A DNA stretch of 32,000 nucleotides, from assembly GCA_043797445.1 (NCBI GenBank), contig JAZDPP010000092.1, forward strand, positions 1 through 32,000. The letters run 5' to 3'. Both the position numbers and the translations under genes were made by a program. The stretch is from Pseudomonadota bacterium (GTDB lineage Bacteria > Desulfobacterota > Desulfobacteria > Desulfobacterales > JAFDDL01). The stretch's first letter is position 1; each line of letters starts with the position of its first letter. The notes below the pieces were generated by a model, which was given only the letters and a program-made list of their open reading frames with translations, had not been told where the DNA came from and searched no databases. Shown here piece after piece: positions 8,471 through 17,322 of this stretch.

Positions 8471-10315
8471 ATGGCAAAAAAGTTTTTAGACCCGCACGAT
8501 GTTCCCAAGATCCCCGGCACCGAGGGGTGGGAGAGAATGTACCCCTACTATTACCAGTTTAACACGGACGACCCGGCCCGGGCGGCGCATGAAAGCAACC
8601 AGCTATGGTATTATGACGGTCTTCATTACCCCGAGCCGCACCCGCCTTTTGACCTGATGTGGGACGAGGCCTGGTTCATGGCGCTGTCCCAGAACAATAC
8701 CCGAACCTTTCTCGTTCCCCCGGCCAAAGGCATCGAACACCGGATTGTAAACGGATATGTTTATATAACGCCCATCGGCATTGCCGATCCAAAGGAGATC
8801 GAGTCGCGGGTACCCGTTTTTTTAAAACGGGCCGGCTACTACTATGATAACTGGGATACCCTCTATCAGGAGTGGGAAGCCCGGATGAAAACACTCTTAA
8901 TCGAGCTTGAATCCGTCTCCTTTCACCCCCTTCCGGAGGTAGAGGATGAATCGGTCGTTTTTGAAAAGAGAGGGACCGGAAGCGGGTATCATCTGCTGAA
9001 CAAATATGACGATCTGATCGATATGGGGTTTAAGTGCTGGCAATATCATTTTGAGATGCTCAATCTCTGCTATGCCGCCTTTCTGACCTTTACCAATACG
9101 GTGGACCAGATTTTCCCGAACACCCCCGTAGCAACCGTGACAAAGATGGTTTCCGGGATCGATGCCATGATCATGAGGCCCAATGCCGAACTGATCAAAC
9201 TGGCGAAGCTGGCGATTGAAAAGAAGGTCGAAGACCTCATTCTGGAACCCCTGGACGCTTCGGCGCTCATGGAAGCGCTCGGCAAGACGCCCGCCGGCGT
9301 GGAGTGGCTTACCGCACTGGAGGCGTCACGCTATCCCTGGTTTCATATTTCAACCGGCACGGGGTGGTATCATCACCATTGCAGCTGGAACGACGATCTC
9401 AATATCCCCATGGAAAACATTCGGATGCACATCAAGGCGTTAAAAGCGGGGAAAGTGATCGATCGGCCCACCGAAAGATTGATCGAGGAGCGGGATAAAA
9501 TCGTTAAGGAATACCGGGCCATGATTCAGACGGATGAAGACCGCGAGGCGTTCGACGAGACCCTTTCCATTGCCCGGCGGGTATTTCCCTTCGCGGAAAA
9601 CCATATCTTCTATGTCGAGAACTGGTTCCACAGTGTTTTTTGGAACAAAATAAGGCAGGTCGCCGATATTCTTCACGATATCGGTTTTATTAAAGACCGG
9701 GAAGATATCTGGTACCTGAGACGGGGGGAAATCCGGGACGCCCTGTGGGATCACGTGACCAGCTGGGCCACCGGAATTGAACCGCGAGGGCCGTTCCATT
9801 GGCCAAAGGAAATCGAATGGCGGAAAGGGGTTATCGAGAAATTCAGGCAGTGGACGCCGCCACCGGCTCTGGGAACTCCTCCCGACGTGGTCACCGAACC
9901 GTTTACGATCATGTTGTGGGGGGTCACGACGGATGTGTTAAAGAAATGGCTGGAGAGCACCGAAGCGGCCGCGGGAATGGATGACACCGATGAGTTGTTC
10001 GGAGCGCCCGGTTCCTCGGGTCTTGTGGAAGGAAAGGCGCGGGTTATCCGGACCGTTGCGGAGTTGAGCGATTTGCAGGAGGGGGAGATTTTAGTCGCCA
10101 CCACGACCTCACCCAGTTGGGCGCCCGCCTTTTCGAAAATCAAGGGTGCTGTCACGGATGTCGGCGGATCCATGTGCCATGCGGCGATCATCTGCCGTGA
10201 ATATGCCTTGCCGACGGTTGTGGGAACCGGGAGAGCCACTTCATTTATCAAAACGGGTGATTTGATTCGTCTGGATGGGGATCAGGGTACCATCAAGATT
10301 CTGAAACGGGCCTGA
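8471..10315 (+). CDS. PEP-utilizing-enzyme family protein, phenylphosphate synthase alpha (PpsA)-like (substrate domain + phosphohistidine swivel domain)
   Basis: 614 aa, with RBS AGGAGG. The C-terminus GSSGLVEGKARVIRT...GEILVATTTSPSWAPAFSKIKGAVTDVGGSMCHAAIICREYALPTVVGT is the mobile His domain. The protein ends right after it, so there is no ATP-grasp domain and no PEP/pyruvate TIM-barrel domain. Confidence 0.85.
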   Translation: MAKKFLDPHDVPKIPGTEGWERMYPYYYQFNTDDPARAAHESNQLWYYDGLHYPEPHPPFDLMWDEAWFMALSQNNTRTFLVPPAKGIEHRIVNGYVYITPIGIADPKEIESRVPVFLKRAGYYYDNWDTLYQEWEARMKTLLIELESVSFHPLPEVEDESVVFEKRGTGSGYHLLNKYDDLIDMGFKCWQYHFEMLNLCYAAFLTFTNTVDQIFPNTPVATVTKMVSGIDAMIMRPNAELIKLAKLAIEKKVEDLILEPLDASALMEALGKTPAGVEWLTALEASRYPWFHISTGTGWYHHHCSWNDDLNIPMENIRMHIKALKAGKVIDRPTERLIEERDKIVKEYRAMIQTDEDREAFDETLSIARRVFPFAENHIFYVENWFHSVFWNKIRQVADILHDIGFIKDREDIWYLRRGEIRDALWDHVTSWATGIEPRGPFHWPKEIEWRKGVIEKFRQWTPPPALGTPPDVVTEPFTIMLWGVTTDVLKKWLESTEAAAGMDDTDELFGAPGSSGLVEGKARVIRTVAELSDLQEGEILVATTTSPSWAPAFSKIKGAVTDVGGSMCHAAIICREYALPTVVGTGRATSFIKTGDLIRLDGDQGTIKILKRA

Positions 10316-10321
10316 TTGGTT

Positions 10322-10351
10322 TGTCGGGGCGGTTCGCGAACCGCCCCGACA
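10322..10351. terminator. Perfect 30-nt GC-rich palindrome between convergent genes (candidate bidirectional terminator / REP-like element)
   Basis: TGTCGGGGCGGTTCG|CGAACCGCCCCGACA was read directly. It sits between the PpsA-like stop (10315) and the LysR stop (10377). There is no clear U-tract. Confidence 0.5.
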
Positions 10352-10376
10352 GGTTGCATTGAGGGCTGAAGGATTC

Positions 10377-11333
10377 TCATCGGCCGAGGCGCGTGGAATT
10401 GTTATCGCCCAAAATCAGGGAATGAATTCCCTTGATGGGTCTTTTTCCCCCCGTTATCTGCTCCAGGGTTTTAAGAAAGGCCCGGGCGGCGGGGGACAGC
10501 GGTTGGTTTTTTAAATAGGCGATGCTGACATCGATCGTGACGGTCTCTCCGATGATCGGACGGGTGGCGAGTCTCTCCTGTTTGATTTCCGCGTCCACCG
10601 CTCCTCTGACCAGGAAGGAAATTCCCTCGCCCCGTTCGACGAATTGTTTGATAAAATCGGCGTTGGCCGTTTCCATCAGAATGTTGGGAGTGCAGCCATG
10701 GCGTGCGTAGAGTTCGTTGACCACCCGTCTCGTTTTTGAGCCGGTCTCTTTCAGGATGACCGGTTCATTGGAAATTTCTTCGAAAGTGACGCTTTTTTTG
10801 CGGACCAAAGGATGTCCGGGCGGAAGCAGCAGAATCAATTCCTCCTCGCTGAAAGGGATAAATTCCACATCCGGTGCATCGACTACCTTGGCGATAATTG
10901 CCACCTCGTTTTTCAGCTCCGGAAGGCTTTTGATCATATCCGTGGAGCTGCCCTCGTCCAGATGTATTTCGATATGGCGATACTTCGCGTGAAAATCCCG
11001 CATCAGAAACGGCATGATGTAACGGGCGTAGGTTTTGCTGGTGCCGAGGCGCAGGACGCCGCGCTTGAGGCCTCGTAGATCCGCGATGAGGGTCTCGACT
11101 TCCTTTTCGTGCTCAAAGATCGGCCGGACACTTTCGTAGAGCGCTTTTCCCTCGTCGGTCATGCAGATGCTTCGGCCACGCTTTTTAAATAACTCAAGTT
11201 CACAGTATTCCTCGAAAGCCTTTATTTGCGCCGTGACGGCCGGCTGGGTGATAAAGAGCTCTTTTGCGGCGGCAGTAAAGCTCAGGTTCTTTGCCACATA
11301 ATAGAATGCTCTGATCTGATTTAAATTGAGCAT
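10377..11333 (-). CDS. LysR-family transcriptional regulator
   Basis: MLNLNQIRAFYYVAKNLSFTAAAKELFITQPAVTAQIKAFEE is the LysR-type wHTH, followed by a typical substrate-binding domain. The start at 11333 has GGAGAAG upstream. The 380-aa track ORF (to 11519) is an over-extension. Confidence 0.9.
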   Translation of the reverse strand: MLNLNQIRAFYYVAKNLSFTAAAKELFITQPAVTAQIKAFEEYCELELFKKRGRSICMTDEGKALYESVRPIFEHEKEVETLIADLRGLKRGVLRLGTSKTYARYIMPFLMRDFHAKYRHIEIHLDEGSSTDMIKSLPELKNEVAIIAKVVDAPDVEFIPFSEEELILLLPPGHPLVRKKSVTFEEISNEPVILKETGSKTRRVVNELYARHGCTPNILMETANADFIKQFVERGEGISFLVRGAVDAEIKQERLATRPIIGETVTIDVSIAYLKNQPLSPAARAFLKTLEQITGGKRPIKGIHSLILGDNNSTRLGR

Positions 11334-11664
11334 GTGACGCTTCTCCATCGGGCTTGGGGCATTGGGCTGCCTTCCTTTTGGAAGTAAAGAGGAAACGGTT
11401 GGAACGACCGGTGTGCCGGACGTGCTCAACCCATAAGTTCTCCTGATAAATAGCATAAGGATAATGAAATTGACATCATATTTTATTTCAGTCATCCTGC
11501 AACTTAAAAACGTGGCCATATGAAGGCCGCTTCCGTTGCCATATCACGTTTTACCCAACTGCTCGTGTTTTTAAAATAAAATCATACCCCCTCATTCAAG
11601 GGGCACCGATTAACGGGGCGAATTTTTCGCTTCACTTATAAACCCTGTAAAGGAGGAAAACACC
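11334..11664. promoter_or_regulatory. Divergent intergenic control region between the LysR gene and the UbiD-led operon
   Basis: A 331-bp AT-rich spacer lies between divergently transcribed genes, the usual site of LysR autoregulation and activation. No specific operator or promoter was confidently identified. Confidence 0.4.
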
Positions 11665-13071
11665 ATGAAGGACATGAGAGATTATCTGTCAATTTGTGAA
11701 GAAAAAGGGTTATTAAAAAGAATTACGGCGGAAGTTGACCCGTACCTGGAATTGTCCCATATCGCAAAATTAAACGAGGAAGCCCAGGGGCCGGCCCTCT
11801 TGTTCGAAAATGTGAAGGGCCATAATACACCTGTTCTTACCAGTGCCAGTACAACGGTTCAACGTCTGGCCATTATCATGGGTGAGCCTGAAAATTCAAG
11901 CCTTTTTGATCTCTATGCAGCATGGGCGGAAAAGGCAAAAAGTCCGATCAAACCAAAATATGTGGATAGAAGTCAGGCGCCCTGCAAGCAAAACATCATG
12001 ATGGGGGATGATATAGATCTGACTATGTTTCCGGTTCCCCATTATTATCCTCTGGATGGCGGCAAATATTATGGGACCGCACACTTCATCATTACCAAAG
12101 ATCCTGATTCCGGATGGGTTAATCTGGGAACCTATCGAAGCCAGCTGCTGGGTAAAGACAAACTCGGCACCCAGTTCATCAAAGGCAAACATGCCGATAT
12201 CATGCTCAAAAAATACCAGGCACTGAAACAACCCATGCCCGTTGCCTCCATTTGCGGATGCGACCCCATCTTATTTTTAGTGGGAGCCGCCAGGATTGGC
12301 GCCTTTACCAGTGAATTGGAGGTGGCCGGCGCTTTCCGGGGTGAACCCATAGAAGTGGTCAAAGGAGAAGTGGTGGATCTGCCCATTCCCGCCCATGCGG
12401 AAATCGTGGTGGAAGGATTTGTGGATGCGGATAAGTTTATGGAAGAAGGCCCCTTTGGTGAATATACCGGGTATTACTCCGGTGTGGGGACGGATCCCAG
12501 AAACTTTATCGATGTGAAATGTATCACCTATAGAAACAATCCGATATTCTGGGGAACAACCGTTGGTCGTGCGGTAACCGATTCGCATATGACCCTGGCG
12601 TTGTCCTATGGCGCCACCCTCTGGCAGCAACTTAATGAAATGAGGATACCGGGTTTGAAAAATTGTTATTGCCCCCCCGAAGCTGCCGGCAGATTCCTTG
12701 CGATTATCTCCGTAAAACAGATGTTCCCGGGGCATGTCGACCAGGTGCTCACCGCGGCTATTTCAACGGAAATGGGCGCCTATGGGCTTAAAACCGTCAT
12801 TGTGGTGGATGACGATATTGATTCATGGGACATCCCAAGGGTCATGTATGCCATGAGTTTCAGATTCCAGCCAAACCGTTGCCAGATCATCAAGAGAGGC
12901 CGGTCTACCCCGCTTGATCCTTCTCTGCCCATCGATGCCAGATGGATTACCGGAAGACTTCTCATGGATTGTACGATTCCCTATGAGTGGGAAGAAAAAC
13001 CCATTCAGATCAAACTGGATGATGCCATGGTTAAACATGTGAAAGAGAGATGGGCGGAGCTTGGGCTCTAA
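11665..13071 (+). CDS. UbiD-family (prFMN-dependent) aromatic (de)carboxylase
   Basis: 468 aa, with RBS AAGGAGGA. MRDYLSICEEKGLLKRITAEVDPYLELSHIA..., GTYRSQLLGKD, PAHAEIVVEGFV and EEGPFGEYTGYYSG are hallmark UbiD segments. Confidence 0.9.
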   Translation: MKDMRDYLSICEEKGLLKRITAEVDPYLELSHIAKLNEEAQGPALLFENVKGHNTPVLTSASTTVQRLAIIMGEPENSSLFDLYAAWAEKAKSPIKPKYVDRSQAPCKQNIMMGDDIDLTMFPVPHYYPLDGGKYYGTAHFIITKDPDSGWVNLGTYRSQLLGKDKLGTQFIKGKHADIMLKKYQALKQPMPVASICGCDPILFLVGAARIGAFTSELEVAGAFRGEPIEVVKGEVVDLPIPAHAEIVVEGFVDADKFMEEGPFGEYTGYYSGVGTDPRNFIDVKCITYRNNPIFWGTTVGRAVTDSHMTLALSYGATLWQQLNEMRIPGLKNCYCPPEAAGRFLAIISVKQMFPGHVDQVLTAAISTEMGAYGLKTVIVVDDDIDSWDIPRVMYAMSFRFQPNRCQIIKRGRSTPLDPSLPIDARWITGRLLMDCTIPYEWEEKPIQIKLDDAMVKHVKERWAELGL

Positions 13072-13242
13072 AAAGGCTTGATCCGTCATTCCATTACGGT
13101 CTTGCGGGCGAGAATTGTTCCGACATTCCTCCCGCAAGGCTTATGGAAGTCTTCATGCATGCAAAACACTTGCTGCCTAAAGGGAATTTGAAAACCTAAA
13201 ACCATCACACGAGTGTGGGTTGCATCAACCGGAGGGGCAAAA

Positions 13243-14307
13243 ATGGTAGAAAAAGAAAAACGAATGACGATTTGGTACGATGAACTCAAAGGTGAGGAGT
13301 ACCATCTTGTCGGTAAGAAAAATGCCAACCTGGGAGAGATGATAAAGGCGGGGATTCGCGTGAGCCCCGGGTTTGCCCTGACCGTTCATGCCAACGAGGT
13401 GTTTGTTTCCGAGACGGGCATTAAACAGAAACTCGAAGACTATCTTAACGACCTAGGTCCGGTGAGTTACGAGAAGAGTCAGCAGGCGAGCCAATACGCC
13501 ATCGATCTGATTGAAAACGCCGAGATACCGCCGGTGATCTGCGATGAAGTTTTTCGGGAATACGAGAAGCTTTGCAGTCTGTCCGGTGTCGAAAACGTGC
13601 CGGTTGCGGTCCGATCCAGCGGAGCCGTTTCCATGCCCGGTCAGATGGAGACTTACCTGAATATTCGCGGGAAAAACGATTTACTTCTCTATATCAAAAA
13701 GACCTGGTCCAGCGCCTATTCCGTCGAAGCCATTACCTATCGGATGAACAAGGGAATGGGGTTTATGCTCAATATCGGCGTGGGGATTCCCAAGATGGTC
13801 AATTCCCGGCTTTCAGGCGTTATTTTTACCTTAAACCCCCTAAACGGGGACCGGTCCAAGATATCTGTTGATGTGAGTTACGGTCTGGGCGAGGCCGTTG
13901 TGAGCGGTATGGTGACACCTGACAATTACCTGGTGGAAAAGGTAACGCTGCAGGTGATCAGCTCGGTGATGGGGGGGAAGGAATCCATGTGTGTCTACCA
14001 GGACGGCGAGAGCAATATCAAGATCGTGGATGTGGCCCAAGAGGACCGCGTGAGATATTGCATTACGCCGGCGGAGCTGACGGAACTTTGCCGTATCGCC
14101 AAGTCCATCGATGTTTACTATGGAAAACCCTATGATATTGAATTCGCGATCGATTGGGATCTGCCGTTCCCCGAGAATGTGATTATTCTCCAGGTCAGGC
14201 CCGAATCGGTCTGGTCCAAGAAGGAGACCCAGCCAAGGACCGCCAAAAAGAAAGATGTTATGGACAGGATTATCAGTCAATTGGTTACGGGCGTCAGAGT
14301 GAAGTAG
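13243..14307 (+). CDS. PEP/pyruvate-binding (PPDK_N ATP-grasp) protein, phenylphosphate synthase beta (PpsB)-like
   Basis: LVGKKNANLGEMIKAGIRVSPGFALT ... VAVRSSGAVSMPGQMETYLN ... PYDIEFAI is the nucleotide-binding domain of PEP synthase/PPDK. No His swivel domain is present. The start at 13243 has GGAGGGG upstream, and a GTG at 13213 is an alternative. Confidence 0.85.
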   Translation: MVEKEKRMTIWYDELKGEEYHLVGKKNANLGEMIKAGIRVSPGFALTVHANEVFVSETGIKQKLEDYLNDLGPVSYEKSQQASQYAIDLIENAEIPPVICDEVFREYEKLCSLSGVENVPVAVRSSGAVSMPGQMETYLNIRGKNDLLLYIKKTWSSAYSVEAITYRMNKGMGFMLNIGVGIPKMVNSRLSGVIFTLNPLNGDRSKISVDVSYGLGEAVVSGMVTPDNYLVEKVTLQVISSVMGGKESMCVYQDGESNIKIVDVAQEDRVRYCITPAELTELCRIAKSIDVYYGKPYDIEFAIDWDLPFPENVIILQVRPESVWSKKETQPRTAKKKDVMDRIISQLVTGVRVK

Positions 14308-14326
14308 TAACTATAAGGAGGAACCA

Positions 14327-15979
14327 TTGAAACCGATTCGCTATAAAGAAAAAATGATAAACGAGTTTGTAGAAGACGGCCACTGGACGCAGGAGCTGTT
14401 TTACGATTTCTGGGACCGAAACGCCCGGGAGTTTGGAGACCGGGAAGCCCTTGTCGATTCAAAGCACCGGATCACCTGGGCCGAAGCGAAAAAGCTGGTG
14501 GATGCCATGGCCATTACGTGGGTGGAAATGGGAATCGCCAAGGATTCGCGCATCATCATTCAATCGCCTAACAGCGTGTTCGGATTTCTCGCCCGGATTG
14601 CCTGCGAGCGCGCCGGTTGCATTTCCCTGACCGTCTATCCGTATTTGCGTCAGTTGGAACTGGAGTATATGCTGGAGAAGACCGAAGCCACAGCCGTGGT
14701 GATTCCCAGTGTTTATCGGGGATTTGACTATCTGGACATGTACCGGGGCCTGCAGGAGCGGTTTACCCATCTAAAATACTTCTTCCTCTTTGACGATCAG
14801 GTGCCGGCCGGCGCGCCGAAGGGCGCCTACTCGCTGACAACGACGGTTCAGGAGCGCGCGAAAAAGCCGGTGGATGCGTCGGTTCTGGACGCCCGACGGC
14901 TTAGCGCCTGGGGTGATGTGGCGCTATTGACGACCACCTCCGGCACGACCGGTATTCCCAAGCTCGTTGAATATCCCGCGGCTCCCCGAGTCTGTACCTC
15001 CAAGGGCAGAGTCGATATCTGGAAACTCACCAAGGACGATATTGCCGTGGCCATCGCGCCCCATGCCGGCGGTGCCGCGGGGACGTTGACCTATTTTGCA
15101 GCACCTCTTGCGGGCGCCAAAACCGTCATGCTGGAGGAATTCGAACCGGAAGCGGCTCTCGCTCTGATGGAAAAGGAAAAGGCCACGGCCATCGGCGTGG
15201 TGCCCACCCACCTGATTCGAATGCTCGAGTGCGATATCTCCAAATATGATTTGAGTTCTCTTCGCTTTATTCGCTCCGCCGGTGGATATCTTCCTCCGCA
15301 AGTTGCGGAAGAGGCGGAAAATGCGTTCGGGGCCTCCATCACGAGTGATCTGGGTACCCAGGATATGGGATCCGTGTCCGGATGCCGGGTGGAAGACAGC
15401 AAGGATTTACGTCGCCGGACCGTCGGGCGCATGCTGCCGGGCAATAAGGTTCGTCTTCTGGATAAAGACACTAAAAAAGAGGTACCCGAAGGAGAGCCCG
15501 GTGTGCTCTACTTCAGAGGACCCCATGCCCCGGCCGGCTATTTCCGGGATGAGAAATTGACCGCGACGGTATTCGACGATGAGGGGTGGACCACGACGAG
15601 TGATATCGTGAAATTCGATCAGGGGTGTCTCTGGATTCTGGGTCGTGCGAAAGACATGATCATTCGGGGCGGACAGAACCTCTATCCGGCGGAAATTGAG
15701 GGATTATTGAACGGCCATCCCAAAATTGCCTCCGTGGCCGTCGTGGGGTATCCGGATCGCCTGATGGGGGAAAGAGCTTGCGCCTATGTCATTCCCAAAA
15801 AGGGTCAGACGTTTATCTTTCAGGAGATGGTCGATTTTCTTAAATCCAAGAAACTGGCCATGTTCAAAATTCCCGAGCGTCTGGAGATCGTCTCGGAGTT
15901 TCCGGCTGTCGGGGATTCCGGAAAGGTCAACAAGGAAGTATTGAAGAAAGATATCGCTGAAAAAGTAAAGGCGGGGTGA
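14327..15979 (+). CDS. AMP-forming aryl/acyl-CoA ligase (adenylate-forming superfamily)
   Basis: A TTG start follows AAGGAGG. The adenylation core motifs are present: TTTSGTTGIPK, WTTTSDIV, GRAKDMIIRGGQNLYPAEIE and a C-terminal GKVNK. The N-terminus (..DGHWTQE..) resembles the EntE/AliA-type aryl/alicyclic acid ligases, from memory. Confidence 0.9.
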   Translation: MKPIRYKEKMINEFVEDGHWTQELFYDFWDRNAREFGDREALVDSKHRITWAEAKKLVDAMAITWVEMGIAKDSRIIIQSPNSVFGFLARIACERAGCISLTVYPYLRQLELEYMLEKTEATAVVIPSVYRGFDYLDMYRGLQERFTHLKYFFLFDDQVPAGAPKGAYSLTTTVQERAKKPVDASVLDARRLSAWGDVALLTTTSGTTGIPKLVEYPAAPRVCTSKGRVDIWKLTKDDIAVAIAPHAGGAAGTLTYFAAPLAGAKTVMLEEFEPEAALALMEKEKATAIGVVPTHLIRMLECDISKYDLSSLRFIRSAGGYLPPQVAEEAENAFGASITSDLGTQDMGSVSGCRVEDSKDLRRRTVGRMLPGNKVRLLDKDTKKEVPEGEPGVLYFRGPHAPAGYFRDEKLTATVFDDEGWTTTSDIVKFDQGCLWILGRAKDMIIRGGQNLYPAEIEGLLNGHPKIASVAVVGYPDRLMGERACAYVIPKKGQTFIFQEMVDFLKSKKLAMFKIPERLEIVSEFPAVGDSGKVNKEVLKKDIAEKVKAG

Positions 15980-15983
15980 TCGA

Positions 15984-17195
15984 ATGCCGAAAACCGTACT
16001 GATTCTCTCGACGCTGGACACAAAGAGTGAAGAAACTCTCTATTTGCGGCAAAAAATAGAGTCAATCGGTCTCGGAAACTTAGTGATGGATCTCTCCATG
16101 CGTGGCGACAGCGCCTGGCCGGCGGATATTACACCGGCACAGGTTGCCGTTGCCGGCGGCAGTTCACTGGAAGAGATTCGAAGCTCCCGGGATCGATCTA
16201 AAAATACCCGTATTACCACCGCCGGCGCTTCGAAAATCGCCGGTGAGCTATTCAGACAGGGTCGAATCGCCGGTGTGCTCGCCATCGGCGGCTCGACCGG
16301 CTCTCTCATGGCAACCGACGTCATGCGCACACTCCCCTTCGGGGTGCCCAAGCTCATGATCTCCTCCACCGCCGCCTTGCCGGGACTTGCCACCCGGTAT
16401 ATCGGAACCGGAGACATCCTGCTCTTTCACTCCGTCATTGAAGTGGCCGGGGTCACGGATCTATTGAAAAACGTGGTGGACAGAGCGGTCCACGCCATGG
16501 CCGGTATGCTTTCGGAGGGAATTACCCCGCCGTTCAGCCGCGCTGGAAAGGCCATAGCCATTACCATGCTCAGCCCCTGCGAACAATGCGCCAGTGCAGT
16601 TCGGGACGCCCTGGAAAAGGACGGGTATCAGGTGATCGGCTATTCGGCGGCGGGTGTCGGTGACCGGGCCATGGAGGAGATGATATCCCAGGGCCTCTTC
16701 CACGGGGTCATCGATCTTGCGCCCGGCGGGGTGGGGGAGCATCTGTTTGGCTATATGCGGGATGCGGGTCCCGACCGGATGGAGTCCGCGGGCCGCAAGG
16801 GCATTGCGCAGGTGATCTCCACCTGCAGCGTAAACCACATGACGCCGTCCAAGAACAAGTATAAGCCGGATTTTTACGAGCGCAGAAAATACGACCTTGA
16901 CAAGTTCCGCTCCTGGGTGCGCTTATCGCCCGAAGAGTTAAAGACCGTGGCAGGGGTGTTTGCGCAGAAGCTGAACGGCGCCAGAGGACCCGTAAAGGTA
17001 TTGATTCCCTCCAGGGGGTGGTCATCGGTGGATATTCCCGGAAACCCAACCTATGATCCCGACGAGGACCGCATCTTTGTGAAGGAGCTTCGGTTATTGC
17101 TTGACTCAAAAATAGAATTGGTTGAGATTGAGGCGAACATGGAAGAGCCCGTGTTTGCCGAGGCGGTGGTTCGGGTTGCAAGGGAAATTTTTTGA
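15984..17195 (+). CDS. UPF0261 / Tm-1-like ATP-binding domain protein
   Basis: 403 aa. The N-terminus MPKTVLILSTLDTKSEETLYLRQKIES.G is the characteristic UPF0261 start (..I.I.GT.DTKG.E..YL). It starts 4 nt after the ligase stop, which suggests translational coupling. Confidence 0.75.
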   Translation: MPKTVLILSTLDTKSEETLYLRQKIESIGLGNLVMDLSMRGDSAWPADITPAQVAVAGGSSLEEIRSSRDRSKNTRITTAGASKIAGELFRQGRIAGVLAIGGSTGSLMATDVMRTLPFGVPKLMISSTAALPGLATRYIGTGDILLFHSVIEVAGVTDLLKNVVDRAVHAMAGMLSEGITPPFSRAGKAIAITMLSPCEQCASAVRDALEKDGYQVIGYSAAGVGDRAMEEMISQGLFHGVIDLAPGGVGEHLFGYMRDAGPDRMESAGRKGIAQVISTCSVNHMTPSKNKYKPDFYERRKYDLDKFRSWVRLSPEELKTVAGVFAQKLNGARGPVKVLIPSRGWSSVDIPGNPTYDPDEDRIFVKELRLLLDSKIELVEIEANMEEPVFAEAVVRVAREIF

Positions 17196-17322
17196 CATCC
17201 TGGCATTGATCATTTTTTCTAAAAACCGGAACACGGCGTTGCAGGGGCGAAAATAAGTCTCCATTACGGGTTGCAGCCGGTGCGGGATGTTTTCCATTTA
17301 TTACTATAATGAAAGGTGAATT

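Noticed and set aside
8471-10315. Calling the 614-aa protein a housekeeping PEP synthase or pyruvate phosphate dikinase.
   Set aside because: It lacks both the N-terminal ATP-grasp domain and the C-terminal PEP/pyruvate TIM-barrel domain. It terminates right after the swivel His domain.
10377-11519. 380-aa version of the LysR ORF with a 62-aa N-terminal extension.
   Set aside because: The extension has no LysR homology and odd composition. The canonical wHTH begins at MLNLNQIRAF, which has its own RBS.
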